DNA of 64,000 nt, taken from contig CAWCKY010000006.1 in the NCBI GenBank assembly GCA_963796275.1, positions 2,080,001 to 2,144,000 of the forward strand. Direction: 5' to 3'. Below are positions 31,526 through 42,656 of the stretch, one piece after another (positions within the stretch are counted from its first letter, which is position 1; every line of letters begins with the position of its first letter). The notes below the pieces were generated by a model. It searched no databases. It had not been told where the DNA came from and saw nothing but the letters and a program-made list of their open reading frames with translations. Source of the DNA: an uncultured Acidobacteriota bacterium (GTDB lineage Bacteria; Acidobacteriota; Blastocatellia; RBC074). The position numbers were made by a program, and so were the translations under genes.

Positions 31526-33460
31526 TCAGTCAGCTTCGGGCCGGTCGTCAAGCCGCAGCACCTCGTGTGGCAGGAGCGAGAACCTCAGATTCCCATTCTC
31601 GGGGGATATCTCATCGCTTTCTTTGGCGCGGAAAGCTTCCGGCGTCAACATCGCTTCCCTGAGATTCCCATGGTTCAATCGTTTCACCCACACGCGCTCA
31701 CCGGCAATGGCTAATCGCGCCACCTGATGGTCCGCCGTCAGATTCGCGATCAGCGTCCGCGTGCGTCTTGCATCACGCAATGTCAAACCGATGACTTTGA
31801 GAGCCTCACTCGACGGTGTGCGCAAAACCTCGCGATTTGCAAATTCTCCCACCTCGGCCAGTACGTGCCAGAGTGGAAAGACGGCGCCGGGAAGGGACGG
31901 AAATTTATCTGGAAGCGGCGAGCCGGTCTCATATTCCATTACGCCGCGCCATCCGGCCGTTTCGTAATAGGTGATGCTGCTCACCCCGCTCTCGGCCAGA
32001 TACTTGATGCTGCCGAGCGTCCAGGCGGCGGCAAAGAGCGACGCTTGACGCGCATCCACCTGCGGCGGCAGTTCGTCTGGCTCCGGTTGAATCTCGGGCC
32101 CGGTTGCGCCGGAGCTGAAGCGCGGTCTGAGTGTCACCGGTGTGATTGACAGTGGCTTGCCGCCGGATAAATGCTTCGCTTTCTGCACGGTAGCCCCTTG
32201 CGCTTCGAGATTTTCCACCAGCGTGAGATGGTCGCTGGCATGCACCTGCGGGCTGACCGCATAACAAAGCAGCTCGGCCTCTTCGGAGGGCAGCGGGCTG
32301 CGGTTGATCTCGGTGAACCAAAGATTAGTCCCCGCGCCGACAGGAACGTCGGGGTCATACTGCCGTAGAGTTTCGCGGGCGAGGCTCACCCAGCGCGCGC
32401 TCGTGACTTTCTCAGCGACATGGAAGATCAGCCACGAAGCGATACGCGGCTTGACGCGGCGCACTCCCGCGAGCAATCGCTGCAGTTCCGCGGGGGCCAT
32501 GTCGGAAAGAAAGAGAGCCGCTTCGAGTTGGGCGTCTAGAGCGAGAGCCTCAGCCGCAGCGCGTTCAAGCTTAGACTCGAAATCGTCCTGTGAAATGTGC
32601 AGATCCACACGCAGATGCGACAGGCCGAGCGCACGCAGCCGCGCCAGCTCAAGTTCGGTCAACGCCCGTCCGTTACTGGCAACCCCCAGCCCGATGCGCG
32701 GCAACTTCCGCGGCGTATGCGCTTCAATGAAAAGCTCGATTTCGTTTGACTCTGAATATGAAATCGAAGCGGGCTCCCGCGCGTTGTCCATGAGCGTTAG
32801 CGTGACGCGCTGCGAAAACCGCTCGCCTTTCATCACTTCGACCGGGAAAGGCAGTTCGAGCGGCGTGCCGTAAGTTTTGAATGACGAGTCCGTCCAGTTA
32901 CGCTGGTCTTCCATCTCGAATGTTTCGCCTTCCATGCGCACTGTGGCATAAATACCAGGCAGAATTTCGTGGGTGATTGCGCGGATATCCTTGAAGGGCT
33001 GGTGCGGCGCAATCTCAGCGGGGAAGATTCCCGGCTCTATCTCCCCGTTCGTATGAATGACTTCACACGACTGCCCGGCACACTCGGTGATCGGATGCAG
33101 AATGCAGAAGCCGATCCGATTGTAATGAAACGTCGAGCGCGCAACCCCGTCGAAACTGAAGACCACCGTGCCATCGGGCTCGCCCGTAATCGTCCCGCGC
33201 CAGTGAAAATCAATCTCGCCTTCCTGGTGCTCGCAGTCGAATTCAATCCGAAACGAATCGCGCTCAATCTCCGATGCGAGATGCGAAACGCGTGACGGCA
33301 TCGTTCCCCAGTTGCGGTCGCGCACGCCTATGTATACGCGGCGCAGCACTTCATAGCGGCCCAGGCGTATATAGCGCAGCCCGCCACTTTCAAACCGCAT
33401 GGAGAGCGGCCCGGCTCGCAATTCAAATTCCTGCCCTGTTGCATGCGTTTCGACGTCCAT
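31526..33460 (-). CDS. apnL: D-apionate lactonase-like protein
   Basis: LRYIR...EVLRR...VRDRNWGT, NRIGFCILHP, FEMEDQRNWTDSSFKTY..PL, FTEINR, QVHASD; size and apiose-gene context agree. Confidence 0.75.
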   Translation of the reverse strand: MDVETHATGQEFELRAGPLSMRFESGGLRYIRLGRYEVLRRVYIGVRDRNWGTMPSRVSHLASEIERDSFRIEFDCEHQEGEIDFHWRGTITGEPDGTVVFSFDGVARSTFHYNRIGFCILHPITECAGQSCEVIHTNGEIEPGIFPAEIAPHQPFKDIRAITHEILPGIYATVRMEGETFEMEDQRNWTDSSFKTYGTPLELPFPVEVMKGERFSQRVTLTLMDNAREPASISYSESNEIELFIEAHTPRKLPRIGLGVASNGRALTELELARLRALGLSHLRVDLHISQDDFESKLERAAAEALALDAQLEAALFLSDMAPAELQRLLAGVRRVKPRIASWLIFHVAEKVTSARWVSLARETLRQYDPDVPVGAGTNLWFTEINRSPLPSEEAELLCYAVSPQVHASDHLTLVENLEAQGATVQKAKHLSGGKPLSITPVTLRPRFSSGATGPEIQPEPDELPPQVDARQASLFAAAWTLGSIKYLAESGVSSITYYETAGWRGVMEYETGSPLPDKFPSLPGAVFPLWHVLAEVGEFANREVLRTPSSEALKVIGLTLRDARRTRTLIANLTADHQVARLAIAGERVWVKRLNHGNLREAMLTPEAFRAKESDEISPENGNLRFSLLPHEVLRLDDRPEAD

Positions 33461-33751
33461 CTCTCGACTCCTCTCCAGCAGTGTTCTACGCCTGTTGCTT
33501 TTCAGTGATATTATTATCTTGTTAGTCTATTCTTCAAGACGACGATGGGTTGTATGAACAACCTAGCCAATTTCAATCAAAGAAGGGCAATCAGTGACGC
33601 TTTGGACACTCGACAAACCTGTGGAGCACGTTTGCGGTCGCCCAAACAAGATCAGGGCCGTCAAATCGAATGGCTCGGCGGGGCGGTTCAACAGATCGCC
33701 GAGCCGAAGGCCGATCGGATTATGCGGGTAGAAGAGAAAGTGGGAAAGCGA

Positions 33752-34780
33752 TCAGCGAACACCGTACTGTCGCTTGTATTGCAGTGGCGTCATCTGCGCC
33801 AGCTTGCGAAATGTGAGGCCGAAGTAGCTCTGGTCGCAAAAGCCTACCTCCTGACTGATCTCCGCCACTGGCTTATCGGTGGTCGCCAGCAGCGCCTGCG
33901 CCTTGGCAATGCGAAAATGGTTGAGATAACTGATGAATGACTGTCCGGTCACCTGTTTGAAGAGCCGCATAAAGTGCGACTCGCTCATGCCCATCACGCC
34001 GGCGGCTGTCACCACCGAGAGCGGCTCGCGGTAATTGGCTTCCAGATAATCGAAGAGCGGCCGCAGTTGCTCGATCGCGCGCTGCCGGCGGTTGAACGTC
34101 TCCACTGCGCCGCGGTGGCCGGCGAAATGGTTTACCAGCAACACCAGGATCATCTTCAGATAAGTTCTGACCGCGAGCCGCGCGCGCGTAGTTGAGGCCG
34201 GCAGCTCGTCGTGGATGCGATTGATCATGCCGAAGACTTCCGCCGGCACGCCCGCTCGCCCAGGGATGACGTGAGGGAATGTGGCGTCCTGCATCAGAAA
34301 AGGCGTCAAATACTCGACGTCTTCGCCACCTGGATCGTTGGCGCGGATGATCTCCGGCAGGAAGTAAAGCGCCGCCGCTTTAACCTTGCCCGGCTTGCTG
34401 CATTGCGGGGGCAGATACATTGTGTGGTATTGCGTGCTGCTGATCACGACCAGGTCACCCGCGCGCATCGTAAAGACCCGATCCTGAACCCGGCATATCA
34501 GTTCGCCCGCCAGCAGGTAGAATATCTCGAAGTAATCATGGCGGTTCATTCGAATGTGACGCCGCTTGTCGTAGATGTAAAAGCGCGCGTCAATCGGACA
34601 CGCGTGGTCGAAAAGCCAGAGGTGTATCCCTTCCGCGTTGATCTGTGGATCGATGAGGGAGAAGGCGTTCTCCCAATGCAGCCTGTTAGCAGCCATAATC
34701 GAGAAAGATAGTTCTCTTATAAATTTAGATGCTATCTTTATAGAAGTCCATCCCGCGCTGTCATTATTCTGCGCCTGCAT
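33752..34780 (-). CDS. AraC-family transcriptional regulator (cupin + HTH); likely start 34696
   Basis: HDYFEIFY cupin; MSESHFMRLFKQVTG, GFCDQSYFGLTFRK..TP.QY. Divergent from the apiose operon. Confidence 0.9.
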   Translation of the reverse strand: MQAQNNDSAGWTSIKIASKFIRELSFSIMAANRLHWENAFSLIDPQINAEGIHLWLFDHACPIDARFYIYDKRRHIRMNRHDYFEIFYLLAGELICRVQDRVFTMRAGDLVVISSTQYHTMYLPPQCSKPGKVKAAALYFLPEIIRANDPGGEDVEYLTPFLMQDATFPHVIPGRAGVPAEVFGMINRIHDELPASTTRARLAVRTYLKMILVLLVNHFAGHRGAVETFNRRQRAIEQLRPLFDYLEANYREPLSVVTAAGVMGMSESHFMRLFKQVTGQSFISYLNHFRIAKAQALLATTDKPVAEISQEVGFCDQSYFGLTFRKLAQMTPLQYKRQYGVR

Positions 34781-34831
34781 TCATTACCATACCGGAATTT
34801 TAGCGATCGCTGACAATCAGGCGATACCTCT

Positions 34832-34878
34832 CCATCCACCCCAGGCACGCGATCCGTTCGCATAACTGGGGTGGACGG
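34832..34878 (+). promoter_or_regulatory. Stem-loop in the leader of the apiose operon
   Basis: CCATCCACCCCAG...CTGGGGTGGACGG, 13-bp stem with one mismatch, ~30 nt upstream of the AGGAGG SD. Confidence 0.45.
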
Positions 34879-34916
34879 CATCTCATCAGCTCCGTCCTGG
34901 GTCCGAAGGAGGACAT

Positions 34917-37900
34917 ATGAATAGCCATCAGCTTCGTCGAACTAACATAGTGCTAGTGTTCCTATCGCTCCTGTTATGCGGAGAATCGCAGGCGCAACTC
35001 GTCACGGGAAGCATCAGCGGAAGCGTGACCGATGCGTCTGGCGGTGCGGTCGCCGGCGCGAAGGTCACGGTCATCAACGAGCGTACGGGGGAAGCGCGTG
35101 CCGCGCAGTCGAACGACGCGGGCGCATTCAACTTTCCGGCACTGCAGCCCGGCGCATATACGATCAAGGTCGAACGCCAGGGCTTCCGCGGCTTGGAGCG
35201 AAAGAACCTGATCCTGACCGCAAACGACAAAATCTCGATCGGCGAGCTTGAGTTGCAGGTCGGGCAGGTTTCAGAGACCGTGCAGGTCACCGCCGAAGGC
35301 TCGATCGTGAAGACCGCCAGTTCGGAGAACTCGGCGCTGCTTTCGGCCACGCAGCTTGATCTGACGCAGGCAAAAGGGCGCGACGTGGTTTCGCTGCTGC
35401 GCGTGCTGCCGGGCGTCTCCTACCAGGCGGGGCAGACCGGCGGCACGTTCGACAGCGATTCGCTGGGCGGTACCTTCGGCACCTTCACGCCCAATATCTC
35501 CGGCACTCGATCGCGCTGGAACACCTTCACGCTCGATGGACAGACCGGGTCGGACGCCGACATCGTCGAGGCCTTCAACGGCTCGACCAGCATGGATGCC
35601 ATCGAGGAGGTCAAAGTCCTGTTCAACAATTATCAGGCCGAGTTCGGGCGCAACACGGGCGGAACTGTGAACATCGTGTCAAAGTCGGGCACGCGCGATT
35701 TTCACGGCAGTCTCTATTGGTACAAACGTCACGAGCAGTTCAACGCCAACGACTTCTTTAACAACCGCACAGGGCTGGCCAAACCGCTCTACCGATACAA
35801 CACGCTCGGCGGCACCATCGGCGGCCCGATTTTCATCCCTAACAAGTTCAACAAGAACCGCGACAGGCTGTTCTTCTTCTACTCGCGCGAAGATTGGCGC
35901 GTGCGCGAGCCGCGCATCCCGAGGCAGGTGACGATGCCGACTGAGGCGGAGCGCAACGGCGATTTCTCGCAGACGGTTGATTTGGGCAATCAGCGAATCT
36001 GGGTGCGCGACCCGCTGCTGAGCGGACTGTGCCAGGGGACACCCGCTAATCCAGCTGCTGGAGTGAACTACCAGGCGGCTTGCTTTCCCCGTAATGTCGT
36101 CCCGGCCGATCGCATCAACAAAAACGGCCAGGCGATCTTAAACCTGTTCCCGCTGCCCAACCGGCTCGACCGCGGCTTGACCCTGGGCAACTACAATTAC
36201 GTCTTCCAGGAGATCACTGAACTGCCCAAGAAGCAGAACCTGCTCAAGGTGGACTATAAGCCAACCGATAAAGACACTATCTCGGTTCGCGGGAGGACGT
36301 GGTGGGCTGACCGGCGCGGCTACGAAGGACTGGCGGCATTCAACTCGAATTGGGATCAACTGCTCCACCACTACCTTTTCACAGAAGACAGCTTGCAGGG
36401 CAGTTACACGCGGATCATCAGCCCCACGCTGGTCAACGAATTTGCCGCCACCTACCGCCTGCTGGGCGAGATCGGCGCGGCGCGCGGCGACAGTGACTTC
36501 GATCCGGTGGTTCGCGCCAAACGCGGGATCACCCTGAGCCAGTTCGATCCAAGTTTGAACCCGCTGGGCTTCATCCCCAACGCGTTCTTCGACGGCGTGC
36601 CTGGCACGGCTCCGACGATCACCTACGACGGGCGCACTCCGATAGACGCGGGCGACACCCGGTTCACATTCGTCAACAACCTGAGTTGGACGAAGGGCAG
36701 TCACGCTTTCAAGTTCGGCACGTACATCGAACGCAACCTGGCCAGCGAAGGCCCGCGCTCGAACTTCGGCGGGAGCTTCAATTTCGGGCGCGATATCAAC
36801 AACCCCCTCGAATCGGGGTATGCCTTTGCCAATGCTCTGCTCGGCAACTTCCAGTCCTACACCGAGTCGAGCGCGCGGACGGCCGGGCGGGGCAAGAATT
36901 ACCTCTTCGACTTTTTCGCCCAGGACACGTGGAAGCTCGGGCGTTTGACGCTCGATTACGGTATGCGCTTCTCGTATTTCTCGCCGTGGCGGCTGCGCGA
37001 CAAGGAGGGTGCGGTGTTCGCGCTCGATCGCTACGACAGATCGAAAGCGCCGGTACTTTACCTGCCCGGCTGTAACGTCGATACGACACCTTGCCCGAAC
37101 GCCGAATTACGGGCGCGCAACCCGCTCAATAACGAACTGCTGCCGCGCTACTTCATCGGCGCGTATGTGCCGAACACGGGCGACGTGATCAACGGAATGG
37201 TGCTGGCGACAGACGAGAGTTATCCGGACGGATTCATCAAGCAAGAGCCTCTTCAATTGGGACCACGCTTCGGTTTCGCCTACGACATGTTCGGAGACGG
37301 CAAGACCGCCATTCGCGGCGGTTTTGGAGTTACGAAGCAGACTATCCCTTCATCGGGCAACTTCCTTGGCGGGTTGAACAGTAATCCGCCGCTGCAGTTC
37401 AATCCGCAGGTTTTCTACAGAAATCTCGACACTTTCTTGGATTCGGCCACGGTGCGCTTCCCCGGCGGTGTGCTCGCACACGAATTGGACAACAAAACAC
37501 CGAGCGTCTACAACTACTCGCTCAGCATCCAGCGCGACATCGGCTTCAATACGGTAGTCGAGGTCTCTTACGTCGGCAACGTCGGGCGGCATTTGATCAT
37601 GCAGCGGAACCTCAACGCCGTGCCTTACGGAGCGCGCTTCCTGCGGCAGAACGCCGACCAAACCGCACAGGGGCGTGCGCTGAACGACAATTTCTTCCGC
37701 CCGTTCCCGGGCTTTGGAGACATCACTTACGTCGAGAATTCCGGCACTTCCAATTACAATGCGCTACAAACGTCATTGAACCGCCGCTTCTCGCGCGGGT
37801 TCCAGTTTGGCCTGGCCTATACGTGGTCGAAGACGATGGATTACGGCAGCACCGACCGCAGTGGGTTGCCGATGTATCGGCCTTACGGCGTGTGGTCTTA

Positions 37901-38483
37901 CGGCGAGGCGTCGTTTGATCAGACGCACGTCTTCATCTTCAACTACACGTGGGATTTGCCGAAGGCGAGCAGGGTTTTGGACAATCGGTTCACGCGCGTC
38001 ATTTTCGATAATTGGCAGCTATCGGGCGTGACGGCGTTCGTGAGTGGGACGCCGCTGGGCGTGGGCTTCTCGACAACCGACAACGCCGACATCACGGGCG
38101 GCGGCGACGGCGCGCGCCCCAACATGATCGCAAAGGCACCACTCGACGGCGGCGAACGCAGCTTCGACAAGTGGTTTAACACAGCAGCGTTTGCCCGTCC
38201 GGCTCGGGGCGACTTCGGCAATGCTCCGCGAAACCTTGTGCGAGGACCGGGGTCGAACAACTGGGATGTGTCGGTGTTCAAAAACGTGCCGGTCAAAGGC
38301 GAGGCGCGATACTTCCAATTCCGCTGGGAGATATACAATCTGTTCAACCACACCCAATTTCAGAGCGTGGACACGGGAGCGCGGTTCGATCCGGCGGGCA
38401 ATCAGGTCAACACGCGATTCGGGCAGGTGACGGCGACGCGGCCTCCGCGCGTCATGCAGTTCGCGCTCAGTTTCAAGTTCTGA
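34917..38483 (+). CDS. TonB-dependent receptor (Oar-like), first gene of the apiose operon
   Basis: GSISGSVTDASG, KSGTRDFHGS, FAQDTWK, GPRFGFAYD, C-terminal FALSFKF; SD AGGAGG. Confidence 0.92.
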   Translation: MNSHQLRRTNIVLVFLSLLLCGESQAQLVTGSISGSVTDASGGAVAGAKVTVINERTGEARAAQSNDAGAFNFPALQPGAYTIKVERQGFRGLERKNLILTANDKISIGELELQVGQVSETVQVTAEGSIVKTASSENSALLSATQLDLTQAKGRDVVSLLRVLPGVSYQAGQTGGTFDSDSLGGTFGTFTPNISGTRSRWNTFTLDGQTGSDADIVEAFNGSTSMDAIEEVKVLFNNYQAEFGRNTGGTVNIVSKSGTRDFHGSLYWYKRHEQFNANDFFNNRTGLAKPLYRYNTLGGTIGGPIFIPNKFNKNRDRLFFFYSREDWRVREPRIPRQVTMPTEAERNGDFSQTVDLGNQRIWVRDPLLSGLCQGTPANPAAGVNYQAACFPRNVVPADRINKNGQAILNLFPLPNRLDRGLTLGNYNYVFQEITELPKKQNLLKVDYKPTDKDTISVRGRTWWADRRGYEGLAAFNSNWDQLLHHYLFTEDSLQGSYTRIISPTLVNEFAATYRLLGEIGAARGDSDFDPVVRAKRGITLSQFDPSLNPLGFIPNAFFDGVPGTAPTITYDGRTPIDAGDTRFTFVNNLSWTKGSHAFKFGTYIERNLASEGPRSNFGGSFNFGRDINNPLESGYAFANALLGNFQSYTESSARTAGRGKNYLFDFFAQDTWKLGRLTLDYGMRFSYFSPWRLRDKEGAVFALDRYDRSKAPVLYLPGCNVDTTPCPNAELRARNPLNNELLPRYFIGAYVPNTGDVINGMVLATDESYPDGFIKQEPLQLGPRFGFAYDMFGDGKTAIRGGFGVTKQTIPSSGNFLGGLNSNPPLQFNPQVFYRNLDTFLDSATVRFPGGVLAHELDNKTPSVYNYSLSIQRDIGFNTVVEVSYVGNVGRHLIMQRNLNAVPYGARFLRQNADQTAQGRALNDNFFRPFPGFGDITYVENSGTSNYNALQTSLNRRFSRGFQFGLAYTWSKTMDYGSTDRSGLPMYRPYGVWSYGEASFDQTHVFIFNYTWDLPKASRVLDNRFTRVIFDNWQLSGVTAFVSGTPLGVGFSTTDNADITGGGDGARPNMIAKAPLDGGERSFDKWFNTAAFARPARGDFGNAPRNLVRGPGSNNWDVSVFKNVPVKGEARYFQFRWEIYNLFNHTQFQSVDTGARFDPAGNQVNTRFGQVTATRPPRVMQFALSFKF

Positions 38484-38549
38484 TCTGTCATCATCCGTCA
38501 AATCCGTGTACCATCGCGTATTCGAATTATGCATCCAGAGTAAATCTCA

Positions 38550-39815
38550 ATGCTCAATGACCGAGTCATCGCTACTTATCGAATCGAGACTGCGCACTCG
38601 CTCGATTTCGCCGCAGAAGTAATGGCGGGCGAGCAATCTTGCGGCACGTTCGTGCGCGTGCCGGGAGAGACAGTCGAGTTGCGCCGGCGCCACGCCGCGC
38701 GCGTCGAACGCATCACCGAACTCGAAGAGGTTGATGAGCCGGCGCTTCCTTTTTCAAAGCCGCCGAAAGATCACACCGGCAGATTCAAGCGCGCCGAGGT
38801 CGTCCTCTCGTTCCCTCTGGAAAACATGGGCGCGTCGCTGCCGAACTTGCTGGCGACAGTCTCCGGCAACCTCTACGAGTTGCGCGAATTTTCCGGTCTG
38901 AAGCTGATCGACCTGGAACTGCCTGTCGCGTTCGGCCAGAAGTATCAAGGCCCGCAATTCGGGATCGCAGGCACACGTCAATTGTCGGGAGTGGAAGGCC
39001 GCCCGCTCATCGGCACGATCATCAAACCGAGCGTCGGCCTTTCCCCCGAACAAACGGCCGAACTGGTAAGAACGCTGATCGAAGCAGGACTCGATTTCAT
39101 CAAGGATGACGAGTTGATGGCCGACCCGCCGCATTCGCCTTTTGGGAAACGAGTCGCCGCCGTGATGCGCGTCATCAATAATCACGCGGACAGGACGGGC
39201 AGGAAAGCGATGTACGCCTTCAACGTGACGGATGAAATTGACGCGATGTTGCGGCATCACGACCAGGTCCTCGAATCGGGCGGGACGTGCGTTATGGTGA
39301 GTTTGAACCACACGGGCGCACCGGCTGTCGCTCATCTGCGCAGATACTCCCAATTGCCGATTCACGGCCACCGTAACGGCTGGGGGATGCTGACGCGCTC
39401 GCCCTACCTCGGCCTGGAATTTAAGGCTTATCAGAAGATCTGGCGGTTGGCTGGAGTTGATCATCTGCACTGCAACGGCCTGCGCAACAAATTCTGGGAG
39501 CCGGATGACTCGGTCATCGCGAGCGCGCGCGCCTGTCTGATGCCGTTGTTTGAAGCGAACCCTTACGTCGCGATGCCCGTGCTCGCGTCGGCGCAGTGGG
39601 CGGGGCAGACGGTGGATTCATACCGGGCGCTCGGTACGGTGGATGTGATGTACGTCTGCGGCGGCGGCATCGTCGCGCATCCGGCGGGCATCGCGGCGGG
39701 CGTCGCCAGCGTCAGGCAAGGCTGGGAGGCGGCGCTGGCCGGGAAGACTTTGGAAGAGTTCGCTACAGATCATGTTGAGTTGCGCCAGGCATTAGAGAAG
39801 TTCGGCGGCAGCTAA
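38550..39815 (+). CDS. RuBisCO-like protein (form IV); probable 3-oxo-isoapionate-4-phosphate transcarboxylase/hydrolase (OiaT) or decarboxylase (OiaX)
   Basis: [55 protein letters not shown]; clustered with oiaK and apnO. Confidence 0.85.
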   Translation: MLNDRVIATYRIETAHSLDFAAEVMAGEQSCGTFVRVPGETVELRRRHAARVERITELEEVDEPALPFSKPPKDHTGRFKRAEVVLSFPLENMGASLPNLLATVSGNLYELREFSGLKLIDLELPVAFGQKYQGPQFGIAGTRQLSGVEGRPLIGTIIKPSVGLSPEQTAELVRTLIEAGLDFIKDDELMADPPHSPFGKRVAAVMRVINNHADRTGRKAMYAFNVTDEIDAMLRHHDQVLESGGTCVMVSLNHTGAPAVAHLRRYSQLPIHGHRNGWGMLTRSPYLGLEFKAYQKIWRLAGVDHLHCNGLRNKFWEPDDSVIASARACLMPLFEANPYVAMPVLASAQWAGQTVDSYRALGTVDVMYVCGGGIVAHPAGIAAGVASVRQGWEAALAGKTLEEFATDHVELRQALEKFGGS

Positions 39816-39849
39816 AAACCTAATCTACAACCTATTGAGAGAGAGGGGC

Positions 39850-41286
39850 ATGCTAACCATCATTCGAGCTCTGCTTCTGATTGCAGTCGTCGCGACCGCG
39901 TCAATAACTGTTTTCAGTCAGCAGCAAAAACCTCAACGGTTGAAGGTCAGCGAAAATAAACGTTTCATCGTCAAAGCCGACAACTCGCAGTTCTTCTACC
40001 TCGGCGACACGGCGTGGGAACTCTTTCACCGCCTCAACCGCGAAGAGGCTGATCGTTATTTGAAGAACCGCGCCGACAAGGGCTTCACAGTCATTCAAGC
40101 GGTCGCGCTAGCAGAACTTGACGGGCTGAACACGCCGAACCCGTTCGGCCATCGCCCGTTCTCGGACAACGACCCGACCAGGCCGGATGTGAAGGACGGC
40201 GCGGCGAACGATTACTGGGATCACGTGGATTACATCGTCAGGAAGGCTGAATCGCTGGGTCTTTACATCGGATTCCTGCCGACCTGGGGCGACAAGTGGA
40301 ACCGCGGTCGGGGAGCCGGGCCGGAGTTGTTCAATGTGCAGAATGCTGAAAGCTATGGCGAATGGCTCGGGCAGCGTTATCGTGAAGCGCCGAACATCAT
40401 CTGGATTCTGGGCGGCGATCGTTCGCTCGAAACCGAGACGCACAAAGAAATGATGCGCGCGATGGCTCGCGGTTTGCGCAAAGGCGACGGCGGCGCGCAC
40501 CTGCAGACGCTGCACCCGCGCGGCGGCGAGGGGTCGTCGGCGCATTTTCACAACGACGACTGGCTCGATTTCGACATGCGGCAGAACGGCCACGTTACCG
40601 AATTCAACCCGCGCTACGAGCAGACGCGGGTCGATTACGACCGCACGCCGATCAAGCCTGTAATTGACGGTGAGCCGATTTACGAGGATCATCCGATCTC
40701 GTTCCGCGCGAAAGAGCTCGGGCATTCGGTGGCGGCTGACGTGCGAAGGCCGATGTACTGGAACCTTTTCACCGGCGCGTTCGGCCACACTTATGGCCAC
40801 CACTCGGTCTGGCAGATGTGGCAGCCGGGGCGACAACCGATCAACAACCCGCTGATGCCGTGGTACGAAGCGATCGACCAGCCGGGCGCGGCGCAGATGC
40901 AGTACGGGCGTCGTCTAATGGAATCGCGGCCGTTTCTGACGCGCGTGCCCGACGATTCGGTCATCGTCGCGGCCGACCCCCCAAGTTCGGTTCCCGGCGC
41001 GGGCTTGAAACGCTACGTCGCCACGCGTGATTCCGAAGGCAGCTACGCAATGGTATACGTTCCAGCGGGGCGGCCGTTCAAAGTGAGGATGGACAAGATC
41101 AACGGCGCACAGGTGAAGGCGTGGTGGTTCAACCCGCGCGACGGCAAGGCGACCTTAATCGGCGAATTCCCGAACTCCGGCGAACGCGAATTCGCCCCGC
41201 CGACAAAGGGCGAGAATCTCGACTGGGTGCTCGTGCTGGACAACGCGGCAAAGAACTTCCCGCCGCCGGGCGTGGCCAAGAGATGA
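39850..41286 (+). CDS. Secreted GH140/DUF4038 apiosidase-like glycoside hydrolase with C-terminal collagen-binding-like domain
   Basis: [64 protein letters not shown]; signal peptide after SD GAGAGGGG. Confidence 0.85.
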   Translation: MLTIIRALLLIAVVATASITVFSQQQKPQRLKVSENKRFIVKADNSQFFYLGDTAWELFHRLNREEADRYLKNRADKGFTVIQAVALAELDGLNTPNPFGHRPFSDNDPTRPDVKDGAANDYWDHVDYIVRKAESLGLYIGFLPTWGDKWNRGRGAGPELFNVQNAESYGEWLGQRYREAPNIIWILGGDRSLETETHKEMMRAMARGLRKGDGGAHLQTLHPRGGEGSSAHFHNDDWLDFDMRQNGHVTEFNPRYEQTRVDYDRTPIKPVIDGEPIYEDHPISFRAKELGHSVAADVRRPMYWNLFTGAFGHTYGHHSVWQMWQPGRQPINNPLMPWYEAIDQPGAAQMQYGRRLMESRPFLTRVPDDSVIVAADPPSSVPGAGLKRYVATRDSEGSYAMVYVPAGRPFKVRMDKINGAQVKAWWFNPRDGKATLIGEFPNSGEREFAPPTKGENLDWVLVLDNAAKNFPPPGVAKR

Positions 41287-42656
41287 TCAGTGAAAGATTG
41301 CTTCTCAGTTTTTACGGTGACGACCTCACCGGCTCGTGCGACGCGATGGAGGCGCTGGCGCTTGGCGGTGTGCGCACGGCTCTGTTTCTGGAGCCACCGA
41401 CCCGGGAGTTGTTGCGCGAAGGCTTCCCCGACTTGCAGGCCGTGGGCGTCGCGGGGGTGAGCCGGATAATGACCCCCGCGCAAATGGATGAGGCACTGCC
41501 TGATCTCTTCACGCGGATGAAGCGCCTGGACGCAGGCGTCTTTCACTATAAAGTCTGCTCGACATTCGACTCTTCGCCAAAGGTCGGCAGCATCGGTCGC
41601 GCGATTGACATCGGGCGGCGAGTCTTCAATTCGCGCTTCACGCCGCTGCTGGTGGGCGCGCCCGCGCTCAAGCGCTATTGCCTGTTCGGCAATCTGTTCG
41701 CGACTGTCGGAGACGAAATCTTTCGCCTGGATCGCCATCCGACGATGAATCGCCATCCGGTGACGCCGATGCTTGAGAGCGACCTGCGGCTTCACCTGTC
41801 GCGGCAGACCGAAAAGTCGATTGCGCTGCTCGACATCCTCAATCTCACCGGTTCGCAGGCCGAGGTTGATCGAAACATCTCTCGCGTGCTGGAAAGCCGG
41901 CCCGAGATCGTGATCTTCGACACACTGGACGATGCGCGATTGGAGGAGGCGGGTCGCCTCATCTGGTCGCAGTGCGGCGATGCGACGCTCTTCGTCGCTG
42001 GATCGTCGGGAGTCGAATATGCACTCGTCGCTTACTGGCAAACGGCAGGCGTGCTCCCCGGGAGCATCGACTTGAACCACGCAGCCACTGTGGCGAAGCA
42101 GATCATCGTTATGTCAGGCAGTTGCTCGCCCGTGACCGGATGGCAGATCGAGTGGGCAGTTGAAAATGGTTTTGGCGGTATCGAACTCAACGCCGCCCGG
42201 TTGGCAAACTATGATCTTTGCGCAGCGGAGCGCGCAGACGTAAAGCGAAAGGCGTTGGACGTTCTGGCGAGCGGCCGCAGCGTCGTTCTCTTCTCAGCGC
42301 TCGGCCCCGACGACCCGAAGATCGAGGCCACGGTTCGTGAGATGTGCGCGGCGGGATGCGACCCGCAAGTCGCGCGTGAACGGCTGGCCGAGCAGCAAGG
42401 GATAATTTTGCGCGAACTGCTCGAAATGACAGGATTGCGACGAGCCGTGATCGCGGGTGGTGACACGTCCGGCCACGCGGCACGGCAATTGGGCATTTAC
42501 GCGCTCGAACTGCTCGCGCCGATTGCGCCCGGCTCGCCGCTTTGCCGCGCGTTGTCGAGCGACTCGCGCTTCGACGGTCTTGAGATCGCGCTCAAAGGCG
42601 GGCAGGGCGGCAAGGCGGATTACTTCGGAAGAATTCTGACTGGGGTTGGACACTGA
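41283..42656 (+). CDS. oiaK: DUF1537 four-carbon acid sugar kinase; probable 3-oxo-isoapionate kinase
   Basis: [51 protein letters not shown] 41283 overlaps the upstream TGA (ATGA). Confidence 0.82.
   Translation: MISERLLLSFYGDDLTGSCDAMEALALGGVRTALFLEPPTRELLREGFPDLQAVGVAGVSRIMTPAQMDEALPDLFTRMKRLDAGVFHYKVCSTFDSSPKVGSIGRAIDIGRRVFNSRFTPLLVGAPALKRYCLFGNLFATVGDEIFRLDRHPTMNRHPVTPMLESDLRLHLSRQTEKSIALLDILNLTGSQAEVDRNISRVLESRPEIVIFDTLDDARLEEAGRLIWSQCGDATLFVAGSSGVEYALVAYWQTAGVLPGSIDLNHAATVAKQIIVMSGSCSPVTGWQIEWAVENGFGGIELNAARLANYDLCAAERADVKRKALDVLASGRSVVLFSALGPDDPKIEATVREMCAAGCDPQVARERLAEQQGIILRELLEMTGLRRAVIAGGDTSGHAARQLGIYALELLAPIAPGSPLCRALSSDSRFDGLEIALKGGQGGKADYFGRILTGVGH

Noticed and set aside
38550-39815. 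Calvin-cycle RuBisCO / autotrophy
   Set aside because: Form IV-type substitutions, no rbcS or prk, and embedded in a sugar-acid catabolic operon.
41121-41282. Extended N-terminus of the DUF1537 kinase
   Set aside because: Overlaps the GH140 gene; ATG 41283 with ATGA coupling directly precedes the GDD motif.
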